From Octopus sinensis (taxonomy: Eukaryota), in the NCBI RefSeq assembly GCF_006345805.1, contig NC_042997.1:114700001-114764000 (forward strand): 64,000 nucleotides of DNA, given 5' to 3'. Every line of letters starts with the position of its first letter. Positions within the stretch are counted from its first letter, which is position 1. The notes beneath the pieces were generated by a model. The model was not told the origin of the DNA. It made no database searches and saw nothing but the letters and a program-made list of their open reading frames with translations. The translations under genes and the position numbers were made by a program. Of the stretch, positions 1 through 13,910 are shown piece by piece.

Positions 1-374
1 TAGTCCTGCAGCTCATCAGATCCTGTCAAATTGTCAAACCCATGTGGGTACGGAAAACAGTTGTTAAATGTTGATGATGAATCAACTGACATAGGCATTT
101 TTTTCCCCTCCCTCAAACATTATCCAGAAATGAAAGTTGAGCCATCTACCATATTTCTAGTTAATTTCTTTCCTCCATTACCACATTATAAACATGTTGG
201 ACTCTCCCACAAATTTTTAGCTTATACTAAAATACAGGAACTATTTAGCAGTTTTAAAGAGGATTATTTATGAACATATCTTTTCAATTATAAGATATGT
301 TAGTTCATAAGTTGGGTTGAACAACTGTGATTCAGGTCACAAAATTAATAAAGATCCTTCTTAAGTCATACAGA

Positions 375-585
375 CTTAGGGCCAGTTTCCCAGTTTCTAT
401 GACATATATATTCCCCACTGGATAGGATGCCGGTCTGTTGCAGGATTACTCATTTTTATCAGCTCAGTGGACTGGGGCAAAGTGAAATGAAGAGTTTTGC
501 TCAAGAACACAATGCATTACCTGGTCCAAGAATTGAAACTACAATCTTAAGTTCAACACCCTAACTAATAACCACTAAGCCTCCA
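375..585 (-). mobile_element. tRNA-derived SINE, family D (related copies near 7110-7385, 27500-27700, 31888-32140, 38248-38535, 45470-45775)
   Basis: Head tggcntagtggttag...gtttcrattcc with A/B-like boxes and a shared ttgagcaaaac body. Confidence 0.65.
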
Positions 586-704
586 TACAAGATTAATAAA
601 GCTAATGTTTAATCTGATTGTAGATTAACATCTTTTAGATAGATGCAAGCAGAAAATGAGTTGCAGAGGAATGCAGATTTGGGGACTAAGGATTAGGTAT
701 GATG

Positions 705-1087
705 GTATACTGCCTCTCAAGCTTGAGAGGCAGTTGGATGGAACTTACACTTGCCTCCTTATGAGAGCTCAAAATCTCTCGTGGAAGTGTCATCCAACCA
801 AAGTACAAATATATGGGAAATTACCACCTGTATCATCTCTTGTGAAAAGTAGAAGAGTCCAGTTTGCTGGACAGTGTTGTAGAACTGAAAACGAGGTAAT
901 TTCTACTCTCCTCTAGAAGCCATCTCCTCGCAATACCAGAGGGCGCACACTCTCCTACCCTGATGTAATCTCCAGGGATACAGGCATCCAGCAACAGGAC
1001 CTCTGTAATGCTATGATGGACCGCGAAGTCTGACGTAACATAGTAAATTCCATTGTCTTGATCACGGTCGAACAATGATGATGATGG
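705..1087 (+). mobile_element. 5'-truncated RTE-type LINE 3' end
   Basis: KLERQLDGTYTCLLMRAQNLSWKCHPTK...RRVQFAGQCCR resembles an RTE-clade ORF2 C-terminus; ends in an (ATG)n tail. Confidence 0.75.
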
Positions 1088-1625
1088 TTTACAATGAGTC
1101 TGCAAGTAGACATAACAAGCATTTTTGCCCCTGTACGCCTTTTACATAATTCACTCACTTAATTAGAAGCAGATAGACCAGATTTCTGGTTCTTCTTCAC
1201 TGCCCACGTTTTTCTTATAGAAATCAGACCCTGCAACTACTCCAGCTGTATATCAGCTGCATAAATCTCACCAGTTTGGGAGGGACTACAAAGGTCATTG
1301 ACACTGCCACCCTACCTTTAACTGACTTATATATGATACACTATGTAATACTTCAATAATAGACCGAGAGAAGTGTTGCCAATATTGGAACAGGTGGCTG
1401 TATGGGGCATTGCAAAAGGTTAGGAAATGTTCAATCTTGAAATACTTATTGGCTCTAGAAAAAAAGAACAATTTTTCAAAACAGATTTTGTGGGTAAATT
1501 CAGTAGAGATCACATTTTGTCAGAATAAACATTAGAAAAACAGAAAGGCTTTTAGCTGTGTTTTTTCATGAGTGCTGAGAACTTGTAAATGATTTGACTT
1601 TGGTATGAGAGAGAAAAAGAGAGAA

Positions 1626-1662
<37 letters not shown>

Positions 1663-1682
1663 AAGAGAGAGAGATATGATAC

Positions 1683-3581
1683 CTTGTTTATCAGAATGTT
1701 GCTCTCTTTTCTGTTGTTGTAATTGTGCTGTATGTGAACGGAGACATCGTGTAATTCTTTGTGTGGTCTTTTCTTCTTTCTCTTCCTTATTATCTTCTTT
1801 GTCTTTTAATTTTATTAATTCATCTTTCTCTTTCACAACAAGAGAATCAGTATCTCGTGGTGTAGCATGTGTTTGACTAGTTTTCTCAGAGTTACTGGTG
1901 GTGGTGGATGAAGTTGCACTAGATGTGGTGGTAACTGTCACTGAGGCAGAGTTAGTAGGTAGTTTGTTGCTTCCATGGAAATTTGACTTAATATCTATAT
2001 CGGATGAATTATTGCTGTTAATACTAGTTACTGTGGTAACTGTAACAGTAGTAGCTGTGTTGGTGTTAGTAATGGAAACAGCTTTATCACCAGACGAAAC
2101 TGACTGATTGGCTGTCATATGTAAAGTCGTTGTTGTCAGAGGGACAGCCATTGTTACACTGCTGCCAGCCGTAGATGAGGCAGCATGATCACTAGCAGCA
2201 GATGAAGGGCGTGAAGAAGTTGGACTCGAGGCCCTTGATGATGCTTGGGAGGCTATATGACATTCATTATTTTGCTCTTCTAAATTGTTTTCTCGTGTTG
2301 GGTTTAAAACGTACGGTAATGCTGGTTTAGTTAGGAGCATTTTCAAGTTATCTGAATCCATAGAGGATGTTTGTTTTGGTGGGATTATTATTCTCAAAGG
2401 TGGTACTTTTAATAATGACGATGATGATGATGAGGAAGATGAAGATGATGATGATGATGAGGATGAAGATCTAGGTTCTTTGTCTGATTTTAAAGCAAAT
2501 CTATCTTTCTCAGATCTAGTAGGTGAAGAAGTACGAGAACCCTCAGATTTTAAGGTTAACCCACAAAGATGGTCATCAGTAGATGGTGGACAAGAATGGA
2601 GCTCCCATTTGGTGGGTATTTGACTAGCTGGCCCGCTTGTTACCAACGTACTAGAATTTGTAATATTATTACTAGAATGCCTTCTTATTGAAGTATTTGA
2701 AATAATGTTTGTGTCTACTGTGTGTATATCTCCTTGAATGTTATTATTGTTATTTGTTGTTCCTGAGCTAATAGCATTACCATGAGAATTGGATGATGAT
2801 ATTGATGATGATATTGATGATAATTCATGTGGTGCAAAATCAGATGATGATGAGGATGAGGATGTTGTTGTCAAACATTTCAACTTTGATTGAGATGTAG
2901 TAATAATATTACTAGTGTCCAGTTCTTTACTTTGTGGAATGCAATTAGAATCAGTTCTTATTTGTACTGGCATTTGCTGTTTAAGAATTTCAGACATACC
3001 AGTTTCATCTTCAGGATCACTAATGTCCTCAAACTGTGGAGTAAATGTCTGCACAGAATGAGATGAAACTGTCTCACCAAAGCTTTTATTAGCTTCATCA
3101 TTCAGTTGACTATCACCAACACAAACTTTATTATTAATGCTTCCTTGATGCTGTAAAGTTTCTGGTGCTATAGTCATGCCGGATACACGATTGTCTGACT
3201 GACCACTTTCTTTCATACCTGCTGCAACCATACTAGCTGATAAATTGCTAACCGATGTACTACCTAAATCACTAGCACGCTCCAAAATGCGAGGTTCATA
3301 CAAATCACTGTCATTACTACTGTTACTTTCTACAAAGGAGATGCAGTCTTTATGTTCTACAGTCACACTGTATGCTTTGTATTGTGTTTCAGTTGTATCT
3401 TTAGATTTTTCAGACGTTTCTCCACTACAGGGCACATCCTTGACAAGTTTAAGAAAGAGACGAGGGGAAGCAGTCTTCTCTGGAGACTTGGGCAACAGGG
3501 ATCTTCTGCTGCCTGAAGTTGATGATGCAACACTTCTCTCCCATTTCAAAGCAGATGAACCAGTAATTCTCGGAGACAATT
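1683..3581 (-). CDS. ANKRD11/12: ANKRD11/12-like large exon (1899 nt), Ser/Thr/Asn-rich disordered region with KVPPLRIII and LPYV segments
   Basis: Poly-T tract then gcag acceptor in phase 1; in frame with ORF 1552..3579; donor G|gtatc at 1682. The ORF tail (SLSLSL) is intronic microsatellite. The gene continues past the window start. Confidence 0.88.
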
Positions 3582-3804
3582 CTGCAAAAAAAAAAAAAAA
3601 AAAAATGAATGAATAAAGTAAATAATGGTTTCAAATTTTGGTACAAGGCCAGCAAGTTCAGGAGAGGAAGTAAGTCAATTACATCAGCCCCAGTGCTCAA
3701 CTGGTACTTGTTTTACTCACCCTGAAAAGGTGAAAGGCAAAGTCATTTAAGTCCAGTGTCATAATGAGTTATAATGTAAAAGGAAGGAGATTAAAATCAA
3801 GAGT

Positions 3805-4175
3805 AACAAGAGCACTCATAGAGCGCACACCACCACCAAGGCAACACCAACGCCCTCGCAATGATTAATCAGAGAGGATTTTTAGAATGAGAATAACTGA
3901 AATAAACTCGACTGCTCTCATGAACAAGAATACTAAAAATGAACCCAACTGTTCTCAAAAATTAAATAAAAAATCAGGAAAATCAATCCAGAATACTTGT
4001 CTGGCACCGGATCAATCCCAAAATCTAATCAGTCTGTACCAGTCACATGGCCAAACATCTCTGAAAGTTTCATCCAAATCCATCCAGCGGTTCTTGAGAT
4101 ATGTTGTCCACGGACAAACAAACAAACAAACACGACTGAAAACAATACCTATGCCTTCACTAAGATGGGGGTAAC
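3805..4175 (+). mobile_element. Non-autonomous Helitron/Helentron-like repeat
   Basis: aaagtttcatccaaatc...gttcttgagatat, an (ACAA)n microsatellite and a gaaaacaatacct...gtaac end; architecture typical of DINE/HINE-like elements. Confidence 0.45.
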
Positions 4176-4805
4176 AATAAGAGCAGGTAAGCAATTAACA
4201 AGATAGTGTAGCTTTACCTTTTGAAATGTAAAATACCTAAGACAAAAAGTATTATACATGACTAGCTAGCCCTGTGCCGTCAAAAATGACGGCTAATTGT
4301 AGTATGTTATATATAAATAAGGGACAAAATAATCACAAGATACAAACATTCACATACTTCTCTTGTACACACACATATACTCACACATAGTTGAAACATT
4401 GTTTCAGCATTGAATGTTCACGATCCCACTTCCATTGTACACATACACACATAAACGTTCACATACCTCCCTTTTACATACACACACACACAGAGTTGAA
4501 ATGCTGTTTGACTTTTTCTTTCATTGTAGAACTTCCATCATCCCACTACCAAGTTTGCCATCACCCCTTCCTTCCTTATTCATCTATCACCCCTTCCTTT
4601 CTCATTTGTATGTTGCGATGGAGAAAGACACAAGAGTATTATTATATATGATGGAGTCTCCACAACAAATACCCCAGCTAGTTACATATAACTCAAATAA
4701 CCCATCAATAAATCGTCAGCTCCTTTCAACACTGACAAAACATTTTGCAGTCAATAGTCAAAGGACAAAAGTGTAACTGTAAGCAGGACATGAGTAATTA
4801 TAGTA

Positions 4806-5252
4806 CAGGGGTTGGCAAACTTCTAAAAATCATTGACCCATTCACGGAAACCCTGATAACTTGTTGACTCCCATCTTATAAATTTCTAAAATAAATAAGA
4901 AAGCATGATGAATAAAAAAAAAAATTTCTTTTGTGCCTTTATTACGTTTTAGTAAGAAATAAGGAAATAAATTAATGAAAATACTTAAATTGATTAAGAA
5001 CTATAAAAATTCAGTCATAATACATCGATGCAGTTGGAATATATAATGTGAAATATACGTTTGGTGAATCCTACTTTATATTGCATCAATATTTGGCTGG
5101 AAATTATTGAGTTTAAATTACCCAAACTCTTCCAGATTCAGTTTCCTAATAATCCAGCACCCTAAATGCTTAAAATCATTGAGCTCTTGGATAACCACAA
5201 GGACACCCTACCCCAGGAGGGTGGTCAATACTGACCACTTTGCTGACCCCTG
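4806..5252. mobile_element. hAT-like MITE
   Basis: Imperfect TIRs caggggttggcaaac / ctttgctgacccctg; no clear TSD. Confidence 0.55.
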
Positions 5253-5307
5253 ACTTAGACACAAATATCAGGTATCCTGATTGCAGTTTTGTTGATTTTC
5301 CTCTTAA

Positions 5308-5527
5308 CCCTTTCGTTACTGTATTTATTTTGAGATGCTCTGTATTTCTTTCAATTACTTTAAATATAACAAAGAATTTAGTAAAATAACTTAGTTATCA
5401 TTAAGCTAGTGTTTACAACATAAATTGTGACTAAGGTTTGGTGGAAGATTTTAATTCAAAACTTATGAAAACAAGACATTTGCATTCAGAGCCAGAGCTG
5501 GTTTCAGCCGGGTTGGTAATGAAAGGG
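5308..5527. mobile_element. piggyBac-like MITE
   Basis: TTAA|ccctttcgttac ... gtaatgaaaggg|TTAA: TIRs with a TTAA TSD. Confidence 0.8.
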
Positions 5528-5564
5528 TTAAAAGCTACATTAATTAGGTAAGTTTACTAAGTAC

Positions 5565-5787
5565 CTTCTGAATCTGCAGTACGGTCTTCTTCTTTAGCCG
5601 AAGAAGTACTTTCAGGAGATGTCGGAGAACGAGTATCATCAACACTTGAACTATCACTACTTGATGAGGACATCTCTTTTCTTAATAGCTCTTCTGTATC
5701 GGAACATGCAGCAACATCCATAGGTGTTTGGCCTCTACTGTTAGATTGAAGAGGGTTAGCCCCGTGCTTCAACAGTAATTCAACAAG
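5565..5787 (-). CDS. ANKRD11/12: ANKRD11/12-like exon (LVELLLKHGANPLQSNSRGQTPMDVA...Ser-rich...ADSE)
   Basis: Acceptor ttccag, donor G|gtac; 223 nt, phase 0/1; completes the ankyrin domain. Confidence 0.93.
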
Positions 5788-6675
5788 CTGGAAATAAATA
5801 AAGAACAGACATTTCAGAAACAACAGACAATTAAGGAAAAAAGAAAAAAGAATTGTAATGTCACAGATTTGGTAAGGGAGAATGAATACAAATGAAATAT
5901 TGTGCAATTGTCTAAACAAAATATTCAGCTGAACGGATTTGATCATTTAAGAATATTACAAATTGAGATTAGGTTCTTTTTGCATATTTCAGTAGGTACC
6001 TACCAACTTGTGAATAGAGAAAACTTTGGGCTTCATTTATTTATTCATTCATTCACACACCAGCTTTATTTTAATATTTCTCTAACCATGCAGTTATACC
6101 TGCATATTTGTTCAGATAGTTATATTTAGTAGCTGTTGTTACTTTCACAGTCGTTGAAGAAGCAACTACTACTATTACTACTAAAGTCCACTGCAGATTG
6201 CTGTGTCCAAACTCCAAGGTTTGGAAATAATCACACCCACGAGTATATATCATTTTAATTAGCTTTCACTCAGAAATGATTACTTCAACTTTCCAGTTAT
6301 TTTTTTTTTTAAATATGTTAAAAAATAGCAACAACTGTCGTTTTCTCAATTCTAAGCTCAAACTATTAGTAAAAAAAGAAAAAACAACCCCTTTTTTAGT
6401 CAGTGAAGAAGTCACCTAGAATCCACTGGATTCATTAAATAAGACTGACACATTGATCAATTAAATGCAAGACTTTTCAGGTTTCAAAGTAGCTGTTACT
6501 TGCTTGCGTAGACTCTTGTCTTATATTTTGTATTGCGAAAACAATGTTTATAGAAATATAATATACTTCACCGCCAATATTAGCAGCTGAAAATTGGTGC
6601 GATATTAATATGATATGATAAAAATAACAGAATATTAATAATGTCAGCTTGGTTTGTAACAAGAAGAAAATTTAC

Positions 6676-6818
6676 CTTTTGATGTCCACTGGCAGATGCA
6701 TCATGAAGAGGAGTATCATTTTCTAAGCCATGAACATTTACATTAGCACCAGCTTTCAATAGGTGTTTAGCAATGATTAACCAACCACGGGTGCATGCTT
6801 CGTGGAGAGGAGTCCAAC
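6676..6818 (-). CDS. ANKRD11/12: ANKRD11/12-like exon, ankyrin repeats (GWTPLHEACTRG...DTPLHDASASGHQK)
   Basis: 143 nt; acceptor aag (phase 1), donor AAG|gtaaa (phase 0); two TPLH ankyrin motifs. Confidence 0.95.
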
Positions 6819-7430
6819 CTTTATGGAAAATTAAAAACTCATTTATTTCAAATGGAAACCATTCCACCAAAGGGCCTCATTAATATAAATATATTTAAAG
6901 AATGCATTTAATCTATAATATAATTAGCAAGCTATATATGCAAATGTGCATGAGTGTGTGTATGTGTGTAGTGATTATGTTGTGGAAGGACCATTTTAGT
7001 TATTTAGAAAAAACAAAAATTTCATTTTACTTTTTATTATTTCTTGACCTATCAAGGTTTTTCACTACACCACTGCATGTATACTGTGTGTATGTGTGTG
7101 TGTGTAGATATAAATGATGGACTCTCCTGTCAAAGATGACGTAAGGGCATTCAGCTTTTGCCAAATGATCTGCATATGATGATTTATAGTGATCAAATGT
7201 TTATGCTGCACATTAGCTCACATTGTCTCCGTCAAATCAGCATTGTCTGAACAGGTGCACGGTGTGTCAGGTGTCAAAGTGATTGCAGAGTAACATGAGA
7301 GGAAGTGTCTTGCTCGAGAACACAATGCAGAACCTGGTCTAGGAACTGAACTCATGATCTAGCAATTGAGAGTGCACACTAAGCCATACATATATGCACA
7401 CATGCCATGATGATGGTGATATGTGTGTGC

Positions 7431-7493
<63 letters not shown>

Positions 7494-7820
7494 TACATGC
7501 ACATGTGACAATATTGAGTATTTATATTTATCCATTAATGTGTATAATGAGTTTGTCAATATTTAACATATGAAAATGTGAGTGTGAGAGCATGTGTGTA
7601 TATATATATATATATATTTATATATATACACACACACACACACACACTATTATGGATATATTTGTTGGTATATATTTAATTATATTTTCCATTGTGTGTG
7701 TATGTTTGTATATACTTTTGAATGTCAATAACTATTACAGATATTGATACTTCTCAATGTGTATTTTTACACATTATTTCATTAAGGCTTTTTTTAAAAA
7801 CTTAACCCATTGATCTAAAG

Positions 7821-8068
7821 CAGTGGTTCTCAAGCACGGTCCACATGACCCTTGAGGTGTTATAAAAGATTTTGTGATTAAAATTCATGTGCAATAAATT
7901 GGTTATAATTCTACAAAATATTTTAACAATTTTTCTTATACAATTTCCTATAATATTTAACTATAAAAATATAATACGATTTTTTTAAACGTTGAATGGC
8001 TAGGAGAATACATCTGAATTAATTAGGAATCAAAGGGGTCCATATGTAAAAAGGGTTGAGAACCAGTG
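7821..8068. mobile_element. hAT-like MITE (related copies near 10760-10943, 21850-22015, 46930-47168)
   Basis: TIRs cagtggttctcaa / ttgagaaccagtg; 8-bp TSD atctaaag / atctcaag. Confidence 0.75.
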
Positions 8069-9444
8069 ATCTCAAGAATGTGTTGCTTGTTATAATATTT
8101 TTCATATTTCATGTAATTTAGTTGCGTGTAAGTGTTATTCGTAAATTCAAACATATATGTGGCGTTAGGAAGGGCATCCAGCCGTAGAAACACTGCCAAA
8201 TCTGACTGGGCCTGATGAAGCCTTCCGGCTTCACAGACCCCAGTTAAACCGTCCAACCCATGCTAGCATGGAAAACGGACGCTAAATGATGATGATGATT
8301 TTTCTAATTTGGTCAATTTGTCTGGAAAATCATTTCCAATGCTATCTAATCAACTCTTAATTGTAAATGAGTCTAAAATTTGAATTTTTTAATAGCTTTT
8401 TTTTTCTTCTTCCCAAGGCTGTAATAGGAATCCAAGTTCATAATCATTTTTGAAAATACATCATTACATTTCTCATTAACCTTTTGTCTCTTCTTCGAAT
8501 TTACCTGTTTGAATTATTTCCCTTGATTAGCTGAATTCAATAACATTTTTATTTATTTTTCACACAAATGATTTCATCTACTTTGCTTCTGTATTTATAA
8601 TAACTACGTAAGCATCTGTACAATAACTAATAGAACCTTCCATCTTCAATGAATTTGTCCTGCAAGTCTGAAATTTCTAGATCACTCCTTTCGATATTCA
8701 GGACGTTTCTTCAATGTATGTTTTTTTTTTATTGGTCAATCCTTGTCTCTTCCCTCTTTCCAACTGGAGTAGCCATGTAGCTCTTCTACAGTAAGATATC
8801 TGTTTCCGACCCGTCATCATACTTTAACCTATCATCTAGTACTAAACCCCTTCCCTTAATACTACTTCCCAACTCATCTAAGGGCCCATGCCTTGCAAGT
8901 TACTTAGTGGCCATGCTGGTGCTATGTGGAAAAAAAAGCCCAAAACATTTAGTGCTCTCTGTAAAGTGGCTGGTGTTAGGAAAGACATCCAGGGATAGAA
9001 ACCATGTGAAAGCTTTGTAGTCTTCTGAATTACCAGCTCCTGTTGATCTGGCCAAACCATGCCAGCAGGGAAAACAGACATTAAATGCTGACTATATGAG
9101 TGACACTGAGAAGAATTGTGAGAAACATCTGTACAGCCATTGAGCATATCTACGGTCTTCAATATAATACAAAAGGTCCCTCAATAAAATTATAGTTCAA
9201 TTTTTATTTACTGAAATCGTATATTGTTATTTATATTCTAAAACAATTGCTAAAATTTTCATTAATGATATAACACACTTTTGTATGGTTTTTGGACAGA
9301 CTGCTATCAAAAATATCAATGAAGTTCTTTGAAATTGTAACCAAATTAACACACGAAATTTCACAAAATTAACCATATCTGGAACTATCAAATCTGAAAA
9401 TCATGACACCAGAGAAAATATTGAGGAAATATTGGAAATTTTAC

Positions 9445-9633
9445 CTGCAAAATCTTTAACATTTACATCAGCTCCAGCTTTAATCAGTTTTTTAGTCTGT
9501 TTTGGATCTCCTTTGATAGCAGCCAAATGTAAAGGTGTTTCTCCATGCTCATTTCGCTTATGCACTCTTTTATCACCAGGCGTTCGCTTAGCGGACATCA
9601 CAGGTGACAATGATTTGGGAGAAGAATCTGTTG
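9445..9633 (-). CDS. ANKRD11/12: ANKRD11/12-like exon, first ankyrin repeat (KRNEHGETPLHLAAIKGD...GADVNVKDFA)
   Basis: Ankyrin consensus; donor G|gtaaa, phase 1. Two in-frame acceptors are possible (exon start 9633 or 9627). Confidence 0.93.
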
Positions 9634-9942
9634 CTTTAAAGAGTAAAATTAAAAACATTAACCATATATATATATATATAATGTGTGTGTGTGTGTGTGT
9701 ATCAAATATATTATATATATAATAATTTCTTATCTATAACTGGTTAAATTACAATTAAAGTGGTATTTTGAATTCCTTCAGGATTACAATTTTAGAATTA
9801 GTCTATTTACTAATTACATACTGTTTATTATCATGAACTTTATTGTGATCTAGGTAAATGTTTTATCATATATTTTATTTTTTCTACATGGTATGATTTA
9901 CATCTATCATTGTTTGAATTATATAACAGTGGTTTTTCTCTA

Positions 9943-9975
<33 letters not shown>

Positions 9976-10456
9976 TACATACATACAATCATGTTTAAAA
10001 GTAACTGTATTCTTATTGAACAAAATTCATCACACCCCACTCTCTCCCAAAAAGTCTTTTTTTAAGGAAAATAGAAAGCAATAAACTATAGCCCACATCT
10101 TGCGAACATTTATCTTCAGGGCTTTAAAGATATAATTGTTTCAACATTTAGTTTGTTTTCAGGTTGTTCCCCATTCTTACTTGGAACCAAATTTTCTGAT
10201 GGATACATACATAACTCTTTTAGCCATTAGAGATCATGTTGATTTAAGCTAGCTTGATTTACCTCAAGTAAAAAAAAAAAAACTAACATCACCACTGTTT
10301 ATCACCGAAATCTAATAATGAATCACTACTATGTTAGTCTTAAGTTACTTAATATTACTTTTGTTCACAACTTAAAAAAAAACAATACAAAACAACAAGA
10401 AATTTCAAGATCAATGAAAAACAAAACGTAAGCAAAAGGTGTTTATATCGACTTAC

Positions 10457-10639
10457 CCCCTTGTGAAGATTCATCTGTCATTTTCATCAATAATGCCATT
10501 TGTTGACGTTCAGATAAAGGGATCAGTCTTTGGCCACTTACAGGTGTTCGAGGTGTAACACTTGACCCGCTAGTAGGAGAACTATCTAATTGAATACTCC
10601 CACGCTTTCTCTTCTGAGGTGTTCCTTTCTTATCTATAA
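10457..10639 (-). CDS. ANKRD11/12: ANKRD11/12-like exon containing PLSERQQMALLMKMT
   Basis: Missing from the ORF track. Translates IDKKGTPQKRKRGSIQLDSSPTSGSSVTPRTPVSGQRLIPLSERQQMALLMKMTDESSQG; acceptor ttccag, donor gtaagt, 183 nt, phase 1/1. PLSERQQxALLMxMT is characteristic of the ANKRD11/12 N-terminus. Confidence 0.93.
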
Positions 10640-12604
10640 CTGGAAAAATTACAATAAAAATGACATTTTGAATTCATTCGGGATTACAATTTTAGAAAAT
10701 GACACAATTAGTATCTTTTAGATAACCATTTAATACATAAAAGAAAGTTGCCTTAGACCAGTGGTTTTCAATTGGAGTCCATATGACTCTTGGGGATCCA
10801 TTGTTGATAAGATTTATGTGCAATGAATTGCTCATATTTTTACAATACACAAAATATAATTTTTTTTTAATACAATTCGTAGTGATATCGAATTATAAAA
10901 ATGTAATAGGATTTTAAAAAATATAAAACGGTTATGAGGGTCCAATTATCATCATTTAATGTCTGTTGTCCATACTGGCATGGGTTGAACAGTTTGACCA
11001 GGCTGGCATGCTGCACCAGACTCCAGTCTGATTTGGTATGGTTTTCTACAGCTGGAAGCCCTTCCTAACACCAACCACTCCGAGAGTGTAATGGGTGCTT
11101 TTACGTGCCACCAGTACAGGTGCCATTTGCAGGACACTGGGGTGCTTCTAAGTGCCACCGGCATGGGTGCCATTTGCAGGACACTGGGGTGCTTTTATGT
11201 GCCACCAACACGGGTGCCATTTGCACGACACCAGGGTGCTTTTACATCTCACCAGCATGAGTGCTTTTTATATATTGAAAAATATATTACTTATGTCTCC
11301 CCTTATCATTAACCATTGGAGAAAACCCTTTATAAGGAAATATTAAGAAATCATTAATAACAAGTACTTTGTTTCTATATTTAATGCATAGTCAGAGAGG
11401 TGACCAACCATGACATAACGAACCAAGACTAAAATACTGCTCCTTGTCTTTGAAAAAAGCATTTTAATAAAAAAAAAAAACACAATCTACAATAAAATAC
11501 AAATGCCTGAGAAGACCAACATATTGTAAACAAACTAAAATGTATTCAGCAGCATACAAAAAGAGACAGTCACATATAGTAAACCTGGTTATAGAAAATG
11601 TTTTGTTATATATAATAATAATAATAATCCTTTCTGCTATAGGCACAAGGCCTGGAATTTGTGGGGAGAGGGATAGTCGATCACATCAACCCCAGTACTT
11701 GACTGGTTCTTAATTTATCAACCCTGAAAGGTAAAGTTGACCCCGGCAGAATTTGAACTCAGAATGTAGCAGCAGATGAAATACCATTAAGCATTTCACC
11801 CAACGTGTTAACGGTTCTGTCACCTCACCACCTTATATATTATAGTAATAAATAATAACTAGCTGGAAAACATAAAAAATGTAAGCATTTGTGAACAGTG
11901 TACTGGTGCCATGAGAAATGTTTGTATATTATGACCGTCTGTCTTTACGTTCTGAGTTTAAATTCTGCCGAGGTCGACATTACCTTTTGTCCTTTCAGAG
12001 TTGGTAAATTAAGTACCAGTTGTGTACTGGGGTCGATCTAATCAACTGGCCCCCTCCCCACAAAAATTTCAGGCAAGGAAGAGTATAATGCAACAGTTAC
12101 AGAATATAGGAAGTAATGTAACACCAATGACTACATTAACGGAATTACTATTTAACCTTAAAATACATCGTACACATTCAAAGAACCTTCTTGGTTTAGT
12201 GATATGGAACGTTTTTCTGGTATTCTTTTACTTGCTTCAGTCATTTAACAGTGGCCATGCTAGAGTACCACCCTTTAATTGAAGAAATTGCCCCCTGGAC
12301 TTATTACCTGTAAGCCTGGTGCTTATTCTATCAGTCTCTTCTGCTGAACAGCTACATTACAGGGACGTAAACGCACCAATATCGGTTGTCAAGCAATGAT
12401 GGTGGTGAGACAAACAGACACATATTTATACATACATACATATATGATGGGCTTGGAGGTAGTAGTGATCCTGGCTGGTGCAATTTTGTGGTTTGCTGGT
12501 ATGCCAAGAGAGATCCAACAGGCCCCTAAGTGGTTCCCTGATCTTAAAGGATTAATGATGGAGTGGCTGGTGTGGTGGTGATGCTAGCTGGTGCAGTGGT
12601 CTTC

Positions 12605-13200
12605 CTCACAGTACTTCATGGTAGATAATACTTTGTGTGTATATCACACTGACCTTGTTTGTTATCCCAAGTGTCATAACTCTTACTTTGATATTGTTCA
12701 TAGCTTGTGCTCTTGAAAATGCAACATATAATTGGCCATGAGAAAATACTGGTTGAGGCAAATGCATGCCAACTTTTTTCAAATGTTTGCTCTTGTGCCT
12801 TATTAATTGTCATTGAATATGCAAGTCGAAGTGGAAACTAAAGTCTGTTTAGTGTGAATGGAATATTTGCATCACTTAGGCTAAGTTTAATTCTGGGAAT
12901 TAGAACTCTATGACCTCTGTTGGAGCCTGTTACCAATGATGCCTCTACACAATATTCATGAAGTCTTTGCACTTTCATTTGAGTTCCATTACATAATCCT
13001 TGACTAATCGAAAGATTTAGCAGCATTACAATAGCGATGAGGAGGCATACCAGATGGAGTAAGTGAGATTATGAATTCAAATGGATAGTTCTGAACCTCC
13101 TCTTCCTTATTGCAGGATACTAAATCTGTGCTTAAGTATGTGCCTCTGGTATAATATTAAGAACTTTTTCATTTATTACAAGACAGTCAGAACTTTTAGG
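12605..13200 (-). mobile_element. Helitron remnant, PIF1-like helicase C-terminus (pseudogenised)
   Basis: PFEFIISLTPSGMPPH, LLNLSISQGLCNGTQ, IPRIKL, FPLRLAYSMTINKAQ, HGQLYVAFSR; contains stops and frameshifts. Confidence 0.9.
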
Positions 13201-13733
13201 AAATAAAATTACTCGTTTTTGCACTTCTTCTGGTGTGCAGTTGTTGAAAATTTCTGGGTACAAATGTACAAATTGAAATGCAAAAGAATGAAATAGTAAA
13301 TGGATTTATGAATGAAAGTTTGGTAATTGCATTTATTTCCACTATGTGACACTTATTATTGCAAACATATTTTAACTCACCTAAACTATACACACACACA
13401 CACACACACACAAATTCATTTATATATATATATATATGTCTTGAGTTGTAGCTGTAATTCAAAGGGACTAGCCTTGTCATATTCTGTATGAGGCTGAATT
13501 TCCCTGAGAACTATGTTAATGTTATGCATGTCTGTGGAGTACTCAGTCATTTGTGAGTTAATTTTATCCTTGAATGGTAATAAAAAGTGAAACTGACAGC
13601 CAGTATTTGCCATATCTATGTAAGAACTTTTCTTCGGATTTGTCTCTCTCTCTTTCTCTTAACTTCCTTTGTGTCCCTTTTCTCTCTTGCTTTAACACTG
13701 TGCATATGTATCTACTCTTGCCATGTGATAAAA

Positions 13734-13910
13734 ATTTAAAAACACAAAACCAATGTCGTCACCACTCACTGTCTCTTTCTCTCTCACGTCCTCTCTGAAA
13801 CATTTAAAAACAAAGCAAATGCCATCACCACTCCCTGTCTCTTTCTCTCTCACGTCCTCTCTGAAACATTTAAAAACAAAGCAAATGCCATCACCACTCC
13901 CTGTCTCTTT
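13734..13910. repeat. Tandem repeat, ~66-bp unit, ~2.7 copies
   Basis: atttaaaaacaaagcaaatgccatcaccactccctgtctctttctctctcacgtcctctctgaaac repeated; lies near the Helitron remnant. Confidence 0.85.

Noticed and set aside
1676-3616. Plus-strand ORFs overlapping the large exon
   Set aside because: These are antisense shadows of low-complexity coding sequence.
8205-8240. CTGATGA followed by a hairpin in SINE B (also at ~38155)
   Set aside because: No GAAA follows the stem and there is no stem I or III, so it is not a hammerhead.
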